A stretch of 63,868 nucleotides of DNA, counting the filler, from Cladosporium halotolerans (taxonomy: Eukaryota): NCBI RefSeq assembly GCF_011745625.1. It is 4 parts of 4 records of this genome, joined end to end, with 100 filler letters (N's around TTAATTAATTAA, not from the genome) between each part and the next. Parts side by side here need not be neighbours in the genome. Positions count along the whole stretch, not along the records: positions 34,959 to 51,656 come from NW_027191555.1; 3 more parts are not named here. One strand, written 5' to 3'. The position numbers were made by a program, and so were the translations under genes. This document shows, piece by piece, positions 36,305 to 49,735 of the stretch (positions are counted from its first letter, which is position 1; the number at the start of each line of letters is the position of its first letter). The notes beneath the pieces were generated by a model. It saw only the letters and a list, made by a program, of their open reading frames with translations, ran no database searches and had not been told where the DNA came from.

Positions 36305-37143
36305 ATGACACTTGGGTCTGTTCGAATCCTTTGCCTCCACGGCAGGGGAACCAACTCTGACATATTCGAAAGGCAACTGGGTACGACCGCCGGATCTTCG
36401 TCCACGGCACGCGTGAAGGTGAAGCTCACTTCGTCTTTACAGCTCCCCTCAAGTCACGCCTCCCGACCGAGGTGCAATTTGATTTCATCGATGCTCCGAT
36501 CATAGGCGCTCCGGCACCCGGAATCGAGGATTACTTCAAGCCGCCCTACTTCGTCTGGCACCGACAATGGGCGCCCACCGAGGTTTCCAAAGCGCATGAA
36601 TACGTCAAAGCAGCGATCGCCCAAAATGGGCCCTACGACGGGGTCATCGGCTTTTCCGAAGGCGCCGCGCTTGCAGCAGCTCTCCTCCTCGAGGATGCTG
36701 CTGGCAGAGGACCACTTGTTGAGCCGATGTTCGGGTTCGCCGTGTTATTCAATGCCGTCAACGTCCTCTCGCCGTCGGAAGAGCTAGGAATAAGGGTGCT
36801 TGAGAGCGACGTACGAGATTTGTTGAAAAGTTTCGAAGAGGGAAACATCGATCACGGATGTCCTGCCTTGGACTGTGTGTACGCGCTGTGCTCAGACACT
36901 ATACCGGCGCTAATAGCCGTTCCCACGCTGCACGTTGTCGGGCTGCAAGATGTTTTCGCAGCGCGTTCGCACGACCTGATCAAGCTGTGCAAACCGGGAA
37001 ACGCGACTGTGGTCACCTCGGAAGTCGGACACGAGCTTCCGAAGGGTCGCGATTGGGACATCGTCGCCCGGAGGGTGGATAACATGATCATGGCCAGGTC
37101 GTTCGCCAGGGGTCCGGCCTATTCCGATCTCATATTTAGCTAG
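36305..37143 (+). CDS. FSH1/LovG-like serine hydrolase (esterase)
   Basis: RILCLHGRGTNSDIF, intron 36381-36442, GPYDGVIGFSEGA (nucleophile elbow), PTLHVVGLQD, GHELP. Confidence 0.92.
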
Positions 37144-37770
37144 GGCAACGTTACATGCGCTGCAGTACCGGAACATTCGATCGTCCAACTTGCAGAAGTG
37201 TAAGTCTTGACCACCATGAGTAGTGACTGAAGTTGTAAGCAAAGGAGCGCTAGGCTCGTCATTGACCTCCCATTTCCCACCTTCAACCTCATCACCCGCT
37301 GAAGCAGCAAGCGAGGGCGAGCGGTTGCGGAGGGGAAAGTCGGGGAAGACGGAGAGGAAGGCGGGTTCGAGGCGGGGGATGGTGGTAGTTGAGATGCGGG
37401 AGAGCTTTATGCGGGAGGACTTTTTGCGGAGGCGTTGGGGGCGGAGCGATGAAGTAGATGTGCAGGATCGCAAGTACAATGTCCACTCGAACGCTGCAAA
37501 AAAGTACAGCCTTATACTGTAGCCTGATGCTCCCCATGAGCGAACGGCTTCCTTAGCAGGCAGGCAGTCTGGTTGAGCTCCGTCACTGGAGATCGTCTCC
37601 AACCGACTCTTTACGCTCACATCTGCATCGGCTTACCTTGATCAGGATCGAGACTACATGTTGGCATTGCGATAGCAATTTTTAAGTTCCCAGGAAATCA
37701 GATGTGCGCCTGAATACAACCTCTACAAGATCACGAGATCGTTCCTCTTCAAAAGCACCACCGATGTTGC

Positions 37771-40700
37771 CTAGGAATCCCTACCCTCAATCCATTTGGT
37801 GGCCCAGGCCTGTATACAGTCGCTCCGCAGAGGCTCCAGCGCCCGCATAAATTCGCTGCTAGCCATAGCTCTATCGATTGCGAACGCACCGAACAGAGGC
37901 TTCTCTGAAAGCAAGCTCTCGAAGAAAGGAAGAAGCTTGACAGCAGGGTTCGCACACATGGCCTGGCTGTCGAGCGGCTCCATTTCAGAAGTAGCTTTCA
38001 ACTTCTGGCACCATTCGCCGTAGGTGACGATCTCTAGCGGCTTGCCTCCACGTTCGCTTGCCACTTTGTCGAGTACAGTCTGAACCGCCGGTAGCAGCTC
38101 TGCCCACGGCGTCGGCTTCGGGTGCACCACGTTCAGGGTTTCATTGCCGCCGGTGGCTATGGTTTTCCTCGACATGTCATGCATAATCCTGGCGGCAGAG
38201 TCCACCGGTATCCATCGCACCTCATTCCCGTCCTCGGCACATCCAAGGCTTTCCGGCAGAACGCCTAGGTGGAGGGAGCTGACGACCAGACTGGGAAGCC
38301 ACTATTGGCGGTTCCAGCCTCTTTTCCGTAGAGCATCCCCGGAGACCTGACCGACCCGTACTGACATGCTCTTGATACCGAGGACTTTCGAGGCATGCGC
38401 CAACATCTTTTCGGCCACGTCCTTTGATTGTCCGTACCCAGTCGACGCCGGCCCGCGTGTGCTGTCGAGGACTGCTTCGGGTACGATCTGATCTTGACCA
38501 GTCCCTCCGGCAGACGCGATGGAAGACACAAATTGGACGGTCACGGGACGGGGGCTGGCGGCTGCGAAGCCGACGAGTCCGACGACGCCATCAAGGCAAT
38601 CGGCGAACGCCTGCAGGGACTTGTTGAAGCCCACAGACCAGGCATTGTGGATGATGCGCGTCACAGATCGTTGGAGCTCTGCGAAGTCAGTGTGCTGCAG
38701 TCCAAGCTGTGGTAGGGCAAGATCCGCCGTAAAGAACTTCACACGGTCTTCGGAAAACGCAAGCGGTAAGCCTCTCTTCCTGTTGCTCTCGATCTGAGCG
38801 TTCTTGGAATCCTTGGACCGGTTCAGGCAGTACACCATCTGCATTCCCCGCTCCAGCAGGGTGTTGAGCAAATGCGAACCCAGCGCTCCAGTCGAACCCG
38901 TCAGAAGGATCGCCCCCTCCGACTTCAGCGTCGATGTGCTTTCCTCCGCTTCCTCTGGCGGCTTCAGCATCAAGCCACTCGGCTCAAAGAGCGCGTCTAT
39001 CTTCGACTGGTAGACGTGCAAGGTCTCCTCCACATCTACCATCCCGACAACGGAACGGCTTTCTTCGAGAGTCGCCCGCGAAAGTGCGAACGCCAATGAG
39101 TCGACGGTAGGGTTGTCGTAGATCGTGCCCGCTTCCACTGACACCTGAGGCAAATTCGATCTCAAAGCTCGTCCGAACTGGATCGCTTGCAAAGAGTCCA
39201 TGCCGTGTCGGAAGAAGTCCGTCGACGGCGACTGAGTCTCGTACCCAACATCGGCCAATGCCCGCCTGACGACGACAGCAGCATCCTCATGCGTCAACGC
39301 CATATTGGGAGCGTTGGATGTGAGAGGGTGGCTTCTGCCTACTGCACCCTCGCCTTCTTCGTACAAGCCAACGATGGCATCTTTGAAAAGTTCCACGGTG
39401 CCACGACGCTGCACCGTGCCTTTGCCGACCCTGATGAACGACTTCGCCGAAGGCACGACGAGTATCTTGGTCTTGGACACTTTCGCGTGTCGCGGGCAGA
39501 GTTTGTTGCACTTCTCCACCATCGGCCAGATGGTATCGATCAACTCTTTCTTGGCAATGTCCGAGAGCGGCTGTACGTCCGTCGGCTCGACGAGAAGCGC
39601 TGCTTCTTGGCGCTCATGTCCAACGACCAGCGCAGCCTGCACCTGCGGGTGCTCAGCCATCTGCTTCTCGAAGCGTGTCGGGTTCGTCTTTTCTCCGTTG
39701 AGAAAGACGATGATGTCGTCAGTCCTGCCCACGTGCGTGAAGGTGTTCGGTAGAGAAGCATGCTTCACGAAAAGATCTTTCGTAGGGTAAGGCTCCACGT
39801 CGTCAAAGTGGCAGAAGACGGGCTGGTATCTCTGACCTGCTCCTCCGGCGGCCTCATCCAGCCTCCGCACTTGTGCCATCTCGTAGTAGTCTGCGTGGTG
39901 GCGGCGAAATTCGACTTTTGCCGCAGGATGAACATGAACATGTTGCCAATCCTCTTCGTGCCTCGGGCCCTTTGCTCGCTGGAGAGGAAAGGCAGCACAC
40001 TCGCTGCTGCCGAGGACTTGGTCCAAACCCATCTTCCGCGCGACCGCTGTCCCTGAGTCACTGGGCACTGAGCCCCCTGTGAAGAACAGGCGGTCCAGTT
40101 TGCTCGCCACTCTGCTCAGGATTTCTGGAGCCCTACCGATCTGGTTGACAAGCACGGGTGAGACAAAGGCCCAGTCGGCCTCTGTGGCGCTCAAAGCCCC
40201 GAGGAACACTTCGAGACCAGGCGGTGTGCCGGCGATCGGGTATATCGGAATGCTGCCGTAGTACGCAGGAACGAGGACCGTGAAGGCTAAGCCGGCAATG
40301 TGAAACGGCGGCAGCGTGACGATGCAGGCACCTTGCTGATAGGTTTGATTCACACTTTCAAATCCGTCAGTCGGAACGAGGCTTTGGGCATGGTAGACCC
40401 GAGAAACGAATTCGTTGGTGTACGTCAAAGCCTTCGGGATACCGGTCGAGCCCGAAGTGTGCAAGACGAATATGGGATCCGTCCTGGCTTCGGCAAAAGT
40501 CCGTCGACGGGCTTTCTCGGGACTTCGTGTTGGCGTGACGTCCAAGAGTTCGTCAAGCGTCGGAATGATAAGCTTCGTGGCTATTGCCCTCTCCACAGCC
40601 TCCGCCCCGGCTGGCCCTGGAAGTGTAGAGATCAGCTTAGAGCAGCCCAGACTCTGGAGCAGAGCCTTGTGAGCTTCGTCGCTGTTGCGAGGACTCGGAA

Positions 40701-40980
40701 AAAATACGGTGTGGCCAGTGTCGATGCATGCAAGCAGTACGATCGTGTACCTCAAATCATTGAGACCCAGGTAAGCAACCCGCTCGAAATTACAGCCACG
40801 CCCAAAGATCGCCGTGATGAGGTCGGCGACATGATCAACCGCGGCGACGAGGGCCGAGTTGGTGACGACGCGATATCCGTTGCGGTAGGCATTCCCTCTC
40901 GGCACTTTGGCAAATGGAGCGTCGGGGTCGCGGCTTGCTCGGTCTCTGATGATGTCGGATAAAAGTACGTCGCAAGACAT
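37771..40980 (-). pseudogene. NRPS-like adenylation-thiolation-reductase (carboxylic acid reductase type) with one in-frame stop
   Basis: LHTSGSTGIPK, GSSE and GRTDD (A domain); FFRHGMDSL (PPant site); ILLTGSTGALG and GYGQSK (R domain). TAG at 38302-38304 in WNRQ*WLPSL, and the same frame continues to 37771. Confidence 0.92.
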
Positions 40981-43900
40981 GATGAAGTGTTGTGAAAGGT
41001 GTGAGTCGCGCCGGAGCTGGGGCGACGAGGTCTGTTATATGTGTCACTGGAGGCAGCACGCAAAAGCACTCGCTTCTCCCACCGCGGCGCGAGAGCACAC
41101 TCCATGCTCCCGTTGAGATCACTATCGCGTTGCCTTGACCCTTGGATTTGGGCGCAAACCTTCGCCCGTATGCGACAAGGGCTCTTTGACACCGGGGAAA
41201 GGCAGCGGTCTCGCTGTGCTACACCCGCTCGACAGCGTGGATGTCTCCATGCCTCCGAGGACGTCCATCACCTGAACACAAGCAGGAGCGGGACAAGACT
41301 TTTCCGCCGGCACAGCGAGGCTGGTATGCAGGGCAGGGAAGCCCAGTGGCCCGACTACAGCTGTTGAACAAGATCCCTTCCAGTCTGTCTGATCCCAACA
41401 CACCATCAAAGTGTGCTTCCAGAGATCCCATCAAGGCTACACCATCCCGGGTATGGGATATCATACAGTACCTTGTGCTTGGATTTCGATCCGGATAACT
41501 TACCAACAGCCCGATCAAATCTTGTCTGACACTGCTTGCCAAATGCTTGCCGGGCCTTCTACCAAGACGCTAGAACCTGGGGCCGTCAGTTAGCGGTCGG
41601 CAAGGATTCCCCCCGCACCGTTGTACGTCAAGCCAATGACAGTCTCTGTGGCCCCACAAATCCGCGGCCGCCCTGACAACACTGCACTCACACACTTGCT
41701 GAACCTTCATCGCAAGGCGATCATGAGCCCTGGCATCGTGACGAAGCTTATCTTTGTTCACCACATGTCGATGAAACGCTTCAGAACGAAAGACCACCGT
41801 CGACGTGGTTGGTCGACGGAATTGGTCAGCATCCAATCTCCTCCGGTTTGCCTCTTCTGCCATGGTGGACATGCTGCGGACGGGGACTCAAGCCGAGACT
41901 CTGGATGAGGAAGGGCCGTGTGGATCGACCCTGCCGAAAGGCTGTGCCGGCCCTGGCCCCGTTCCGGTGCCCGATCAAGACGATCACATAGTTGAGTCAG
42001 GTCAGCCTTCTCGACATCGGCACTTGGTTCGGCAAATCATCAGAAGACTTTGGTACCCCGTGCGGTATTGCAATACCTCTCTTTTCCAAACAGTTCGATC
42101 GACCTTCCTTTGCTCGTTCGAACCGCTGGGCCCGACAGAAGACGATCGATCTCGCGCAACATGCACTGGGACGCGCTGCGCTCCGGTTTCCTTGTGAAGT
42201 TTTTGAGATAGGTGAGTCTGACCAGATTGCATGAAACCAAGTCTCGCGAAACGGAGGCGGCGTTGCTAGTTACGAAGCTTTCGGGCCGTCTGCGCCGATG
42301 CAGCGTGAGTCATGCTTCCGCCAGTGACGTGTTCCAGTCAGTCTGTTAGTCAGCGGTAAGATCGCATTTGAACTCCAAGCGGGCGTCGAAGGTTTAGACG
42401 TGCGTCACCGGCCGCACCAGGCCATCTGACCAAGCCGGAAAGCCCGAGGCCGACTTTTCTAAGGGAATCTGCAAGAGCCCTGACGAGGTTGCCTTCCGTT
42501 TCCACCCTTGACATCGGGCGCTTCCGGGCCTGTGGAAGGAGTACGGCCGCGGCTCGATTTTCGGCAACAGTAGACCTGTCTTTGGAGCGTCGTTTTGGCG
42601 AGGAAGCAGCAGGCCGCGATGCCATCGCTTGACCCTACCTTGCGGACCTTGATCCCTGACGTTGCATCGACCGAGGTGATGGGAATTGCGCGTTTGGTGG
42701 CTGAATGCCATCCACCACGATGGCAGACCTCTTCTTGAAGCACCACCTCGGCCAGCACGGCGGAGGCCGCGCGTTCCGTGGCCCAGTATTGGCTCCAATG
42801 ATGACAAGCCTGTCTGCCAGACGTCATATTTGCTGTCGCTAAGCGCGGTCAAAGACATACCTGGCGCTGTTCGTCATCTGCGCTGCCTGATTCATTTGCC
42901 GAGGCGCTAGGCATTAATCCCCGTTTGTCCTGACTCACGCTCGGCAGTGGGGAGCCTGACGACTGATCGGCACATGAATCAAGACCTGACAGTCGATTGC
43001 CGAACCGAGTTTGAGCTTATCTGCACTCGGCTTAGAGCCAAGGTGCGGAAGCTGCCGTGCGGTGAGCTTACAGCAACGACATCGCAGTTCTGAACACCGA
43101 TTTCGCATTCGAGTGTACGTGCGGAAAGATGTGTCTGCTACAGCAAACCACCGATGCTCGATGCTTTTGCTATTTCGGAGAACATAACTTCACGCAAGCC
43201 CATGAGCTCTGGCATATAGCCGTGATGTGAACGTGCGGCTTGGATTCTGCGCGTCATGTGATGCACGGCACATGACAACGATACTTGAAGAAGGGAAAAG
43301 ACGACTTGTGTACTACAAGTGGACGCTGCTCCTCCCTACTAACCGTCTCTTGTGTCATGGCAGGTTGAAAACGCCCACGCCCCATTGAAGCACTACCTCT
43401 TGGAGCGCCGGTTCCTGACTTGAGTCGACGTGCGGCGAACTTGACAGCTTGCTCCGACAATTGAAGCTCCTGAGTCCTGGTTAGCTATACACATGCCACC
43501 AGCGCCTTTGACTTGGTCCGCAACCCACATGCTCCCACCGCGGTGCACTTCATAGCAGTACGTAGCGGTCGTGAGGGGTCTTCGATGACCTGTCACACGG
43601 CGCGGCCCAGTGAAGACGCTGGCGAGGGACGGAAGGAAGAGATGAGAAAGTGGAGGAGAAGGAAATGAACCACAAGGTGGAGGGGAAAAGGTGGTGGTTG
43701 CAAGGCGCTTGGCCTCCGCCCTAGGTCGCTCAGGTAGCGTCGCACGGATGCCCATCCGTTCTCTGGAAAATACGGCTCTTGCTCCGTGCGTATTAGGCTC
43801 GAGACTGCAGACAGTGCGAAAGCTGCCAAAACACGCTTCACGGAGCTTCGTGACAGAGTGAGGTCGAAGAAAACGCAGCTCCCGCTGTTAACGAGCTGGT

Positions 43901-44206
43901 GTCGGTGGAGCTTGCGCTGCAGCGATGAAAGATGAGGACAACGACAGCGGCGGCGAGACTGACGGCCGTTGACGGTGTCGATGTCGATGTCGCGGAGCTC
44001 TGGAAGCATGGAATCCAAAGAGTATGGCATGGGAGGATGGAGTTAGAAACCTACTTTCGAGGTTGGGCCGCGAGAGCAGCCTTGACCAGCCCTGGCTGGC
44101 TGGAACGAGTCTTGGCAAGTCCAGTCGGGATCCTTGAACGGATGGTGTTACGCGTACGCCCTCCGACAATGCTGACATGACATGGTACTGCACAGTATGA
44201 CCATCA

Positions 44207-45035
44207 TGTCTGTCTCCCCTGCCTTCCTCCTGCCCTCCTCCTGCCTTGCTCCCTGCCTTCCTCCCTGCCTTCCTCCCTGCCTTCCTCCCTGCCTTCCTCC
44301 CTGCCTTCCTCCCTGCCTTCCTCCCTGCCTTCCTCCCTGCCTTCCTCCCTGCCCTTTCCCTGCCTCGTCGCGGTCGTCTTTCGCGCCTTCTTGTTGCCAA
44401 CTTCCTTGTCTCCTGCCCTGCCTCCTCTTCCTCCGTGCCCTATCCCTTTCTTGGCCCGTTCCTCAACCTTTTCTTGCCTCCCTGCACCCTTCCCCTTCCC
44501 TTTCCTTTCCTTTCTTTCCGTCCACTTCCATACCTTTCCTCCCGCCTTCCACTCCGATCTCATTCCCAGCCTTTTCCATGCGTCTGCCCTGCCGGCTGAC
44601 CTGCCTCCTCCTCTTGTTTCGCGGCCCCTCCCTTTCTTGGCCCCTTCGCAGCCCTTTTCTTCCCCTCCTTTCCATTTTCTTCCTTCTATTTCTCTTGCTT
44701 CCCTTGCCTTTCTTGCTTTCCTCCTTCCTGCACTCTTCTCCTCCTTTTCTTCTCCTCTGTTTCAACTTCTCTTCCTTCCCTCCTCTTTCTGCCTTGTCCT
44801 TTTCCTGCACTGCCCCCTTGCCTTCTGTTTCCCTTCTTGCCGCCATCTTTCCTGCCCCCTTCCATATCTTCCAGTCCAGCCTCTTCCTCTCTTGCTTCTG
44901 TCTTGCCCTCCTCCTGCCGTCGCTCAATGACTCCCCCTTCCTGCCTTTCTTTTTTCTTTCTCTTCTTGCTTCCCTCCTTCTTTTGGCTTTCCTCTCATCT
45001 CCCCTTCCTCCCTTCCACCCGACCACCTACCTCCT
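44207..45035. repeat. Polypyrimidine/polypurine low-complexity tract with a 12-bp repeat
   Basis: About 830 bp strongly C/T-biased on +. CCTTCCTCCCTG occurs 8 times perfectly at 44256-44351. Confidence 0.9.
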
Positions 45036-48000
45036 CGCCAGCAAGCAGTCAGCGGTCTGCCTCTACATCACGGCGCGATGACGCTGCTTTCTACACAGCG
45101 TACTACCGCGAAATGCCCTGAGCTGAAGCAAGAAAAGAGCTTGAGATCAACGTCGACATTTCACTTCTGCGCATTCGTGTCGTATGGAATACGCATAAAC
45201 GAACCGTGGGTCGAGATCGTCGTAGCACGGCACAGAAGCATACGGCGTGCGGTAAAGCAGGACACAAGATGACAAGTCATGAGCAGGAGCAAAGCAGCAC
45301 CGAAAAGCGTCGTCGATCATGCCACGACACCATACAATACGCCCTGTCACGGCACCGTATGGTACACCGAGTCAACGTGCAACGAAATCGAAATCGCTAG
45401 TCTGGTGCTTCATCCTTCCCCTCGCCTTTCCAAACCGCCGTGGGGATGGACGGACGCTGCCCGCGAGCGAACGGCGGATCACGCTGTCAGCTATGGCGGT
45501 TGATCCACATAAGTCCAAACCCCGGGTCAGCAGGACCACTCTTGCTGCCCTGCCCGTATATGCAAAACAGCAGTGTGTGAACCTCAGAGGGAGCTGTCCA
45601 TTACACCACCACTGCAGTTATCGACAGCGGTCGCGGCGCTTTCACCCCTCGCCCCTTTGGACAATAGGGAGGTTGACAATACCTCGGTCAAGGATTGAAT
45701 GCTGACGAACCTCTCGCAGACTATCGGCGTGGTCGTGAAAGAGGTGATGTGCCACGACATTCGAGGTTGCATGCGCTGATTTTGAGGGTTACTCAAGGCC
45801 AGGAGCGATGGTCCTTTGCGACTGCAGGGCCTCCCTCTATTGTGGCCAATAACGCCGTCCGACCTCGCCGCTGCAGAGCCTCCGTAAGGATGCTGGTTGA
45901 CCTTGCCCAGCGATCATAGCACATGGCTCTCCGGTGCGGATGTTACTGTAGCACTGCCGTCCACGCGTCTTGTCTGCATCGCCTGGAGGGCTTTGATCCA
46001 TGCCCGTGGGCGCGCTGTCCTTGCTTCCTGAGCCACATGTCAAAAGGCCAACGGTGCAGCCGAGGTGTTTGTGGGTTTCTTCTGCCATGTTTGCACCGCG
46101 CCTATGGACAAGCTCCGAGCAGAAACGATTTTCTGTGCGCCCGTGTCGACAGGACGCTGTGTGGAAGTCCTCAGCGATTGCTGCATTGCCTCGAAGCTGC
46201 TGACGGGGTTCACCCAAAGGCCTCCGTCCCAGCGTCACTAGCTCGTGGTGGTAAAGGAATGGCAGGGGCCTGCGGTCGACGTGGCGACCAACCAACTCCT
46301 TGTCAGACCTCCCAACCCCGACCCCATCCCTCCTTTAAAAAAAAGATTAGGTGACAAGATGAATCGTTCGCACGTGACGATGAGGACCTTATTTGGAAGC
46401 TCGCCCGACATCCGTAGTAAGGATGGCATGGCGGCCGGACACCGTAGCTGCATTGGCCCGTCCTCATGGACAAGGCTCTTGTCGGTCGAAATGCCAAGCC
46501 GTGACTGGCGTCGGGATGCTGTCGTCGATGCGGGAACTTGTGACAAGGTAGGGAAGATCTCACATTTAAGTCACAACGCGCGCAAGTCGGGGCGGGCGGT
46601 GCGATACTGTAGTGAAAACAGCATTGTTTCCAATGAAGTACTGTATCTTTATGGATGTTGGTTTCGAAACGACGTGTCAAGCTCCACACCTGCCGCCGCC
46701 GAGTAGAAATCGGTCCGTGGATAAGAGGTTCGCTGTCACCTCTGCAATGCGACAGGCCGCAAAACATGTCCGTCGGGGCATCCGGCGTCCCTGGCCGTGA
46801 AGCGGAGCTAAGCGAAAATACCAGTAATGCCGCGGCTTGGTATTGAGGGAAGCGTGCGTAGTGGCACGATCAGCTGTGTGGTGGCAAAGTTCGATGGCGC
46901 CGCCGTGCTTTCTGACCGGACGCTTTGGCGAAAGTACCGCCCCGATCACTGGCAGTTGGTGATTCGTCAGGCTGTGACAGCCATTTTTCTTTTCCAACGC
47001 CGTTACCAGCAGGTGAGTGAATAGGCGCGCCGGCCTGCCGCTGCAAACAGGCCCAGACGTGTGTACTGTACAGATACCCTGGCAAACTGCCAATCAAACC
47101 GCGGAACACGAGATCAGTCGAGGCGCCTTGATGGAGTAGACGGCTGTCGCGTAAGATCTGGGTTTTGACAAATGTATCGTCAATTTTGGTCGTCAGCTTC
47201 CACGTGGCGCAGAACGATATCACAAGCAACATCCGCATGCAGGCGCCCGTCGAGCTTGATCAAAATCCCATCGAGCAAACCCCAGCTGTCTCGAACGGTC
47301 TGGGGTCTAGGCCAACCAGCATTACGGAAACATATACAAGCGACACTTCTAGCAAGACGTCCAACGAAGTGACAACGAGAACAGAAGGGGTGACTACGTG
47401 CAGGTTCAAGATGGCTTCCCCCCAGTTGCATGAAGATAAAAAGCCACTGGTCTGCCTTGCGGGCATCCACAGGCGGCAAGTGGGTGGTCGAAATGAGAAT
47501 GTCCACAAGCCGCCAGGGCGCCAAAGCAACCAAGACGACTCACCCTGGAGCCATGCATTTATTTGGACACGGTCGACGCTCGCAAACCCGCCAACCCGCC
47601 GCGAGGAGATTTCAGATCCGGTGCGCAACTTCAAAACTCTTCACGCTTCCCCGATCGCATCCGCACCATGCGCTACAACAGCGCTACAACAGCACTCTGC
47701 CCTTGCCCAATGACCCAATTCAGCAATCGGTCTCGCATCCTTCGCGTTGATCTGAGCCAGGCTAGCCGCGCTTGGTGAAACCTCCAAAATTTGCCATGGG
47801 CTTCTAGCTCCGACGCATTGCGCCCGCTCAGGCAAGCGCAACCCTCGTCATCGTGAAGCTTCCGGCCAGTCTGCCCTCAGAGCGGCGCAGCATTGGTGCA
47901 TCGCTGGCATGTCGACAGCAAGCCGGGCTTCGTCAACCTTTCGAGGTCGTGGAAACCGGGCTGGCGACCGACAGACGTCCATGCTCGCATGTTGCCATAG

Positions 48001-48931
48001 CCGTGGCCGGTAAGTCTAAGGTGATGCTGCCAGTGACGAGGCTCCAGGGCGCTGGACATCGTAGCTTTCGTCCCGAGTCTGAACAAAGAAGTCGATTCGT
48101 CGATCAGTGGTGAGCAAGGCCATTGCCTGCTGAAAGTGCGCTCGGTGCGTCGCCAGCGAGGCCAACGGCGCTGCCAATCAGCGATGGCCAGCTCCACCTG
48201 CGAAAAGATCAAAAGCTGCCTGTCCCAAAAACCGAGGACCTTTTCCTAGCGTCAGGCGGCCAGAGGCATCAAGATGGTGCTTCGGACGGGACAGAGGGGC
48301 CGAGTGTGCAGCAGGCTGAGGCACCTTCGGTGTGGACATCTTTATCTTCCTTCACCTGCCCTGGTCGTGGCACCGGCGCTGAAAGTGAAGCCGTCCGAAG
48401 ACGACGCTCCGTCTCGTGGCACTCGTTCGCCCCGTCGCCGGCGCATCGCCAGACTCGATGGGCGTTGGAGTGCCGTTCCAGCATCAAGCCCGACCAGATC
48501 CATGATTGAGCGACCCTGCCGGCCAAAAGCCAAGACGCGCCTGCGTGGTCGTGCTGCTACCCGACAGACGCGTCGACGACGGCGTGCGCTGCAGGCGTCG
48601 GTCTGCTCGTGGCCAGGAAGGTGAGCATGTTGGGTGCTCTGCCGCGTGAGCCGCTCGAATTCGGACGCGAAGGTCAACAACGAAGAGGGCAGAGACAGGA
48701 GGTGGTATGAGATGCGAAGGTCGAGAACGAAGAGGACAGAGGCAAGAAGTGGTATAAGAAGAAACAAGATACTGCCAGCGACACCAGAGGGTGTGCCGCC
48801 CGAGTCGTTCCATGTTGGGGTCGGAGTTCAACAGGGGAGGAGAGGAAAAAAACAGAAAGTGTCATGAGAGGAAAAAAAGATGGGGCCAGCGACACCGAAA
48901 GGTGCGCTCACATGGCTTGCTTGACTTACTG

Positions 48932-49312
48932 TCCTAGCCGCGGCGGTAGCGTCGCGCACGGATGCCAATCCGTTCTGGAGAAAACGGATCGGCGTCCGTG
49001 CGCAGCGATGGGGTGGTGGAGAAAAGACAGTGTGGCTGGAGCTGCGGAGGCTGGAGGCTGCGGAGGCTAGAGACTTCGGAGGCTGGCTTCGAAGCGCGTG
49101 CCGGGCTATCCTAGCCGCTGCGATAGCGCCGTGCACGGATGCCCATCCGTTCTGAAGAAAACGGATCGGCGTCCGTGCGCAGCAGTGGGGTGGTTGGGAA
49201 CAGACAGTGTGCCTGGAGCTGCGGAGGATGGAGACTGCGGAGGCTAGTTTCGCCGCGCACGGATGCCCATCCGTTCTCTGGAGAAAACCGATCGGTATCC
49301 GTGCGCAGCAGC
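48932..49312. repeat. Three tandem units each containing a ~50-bp imperfect palindrome (fourth copy at 43741-43790)
   Basis: GCGCACGGATGCC-ATCCGTT...AACGGAT-GGCGTCCGTGCGC at 48954-49003, 49131-49180 and 49255-49306. Confidence 0.88.
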
Positions 49313-49314
49313 GC

Positions 49315-49735
49315 CCGGTCGCAGACCACTGCGCTGAGGCAGCTCGGTCAATCTCGACGAATGCTGAGGCAAGCGACATGTCGAAGACGGTCACACGCCG
49401 CCGTCCGCGAGTTGATCTGGCTCATGTCAACGAAAACGTCGTTGAAACGGGAACGGAAACTGAAACGGAGTGCGGAGTCCAGGCCGAGGGGCGGCAGCCA
49501 GCAAGGGGACGCAGAACCGCACCTGCTTCGTGCAGAGCAGTGCAATGATCGGAAGCTGGCGATGCGGCCAGACGCACCAGAGGATAGATCTCGAGCGCTT
49601 GGCTCGCGATCCCGACCGCTGTAGCGCTCGGTTGCAGACCACTGCGCCGATGCAACTTGGTCACCCTTGACGAACGCCGTGGCAGGCGATATAACGGGGA
49701 CGGTCGCACGCCGCCGTCCGCGGATTGAGCTGGAT
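49315..49735. repeat. Diverged ~105-bp direct repeat pair
   Basis: CGGT(C/T)GCAGACCACTGCGC...GACGGTC(A/G)CACGCCGCCGTCCGCG at ~49316-49420 and ~49629-49735. Confidence 0.75.

Noticed and set aside
5535..40980. One secondary-metabolite cluster made of enoyl reductase, decarboxylase, esterase and NRPS-like genes
   Set aside because: The genes lie on different pieces separated by artificial linkers, so only the esterase and reductase are demonstrably linked.
44182..45081. Hydrophobic 299-aa 'membrane protein'
   Set aside because: An artefact of translating a C/T-rich low-complexity strand.
41000..48600. Numerous 60-180 aa ORFs
   Set aside because: No recognisable motifs and conflicting overlaps on both strands. 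They may be eroded genes but cannot be assigned by eye.
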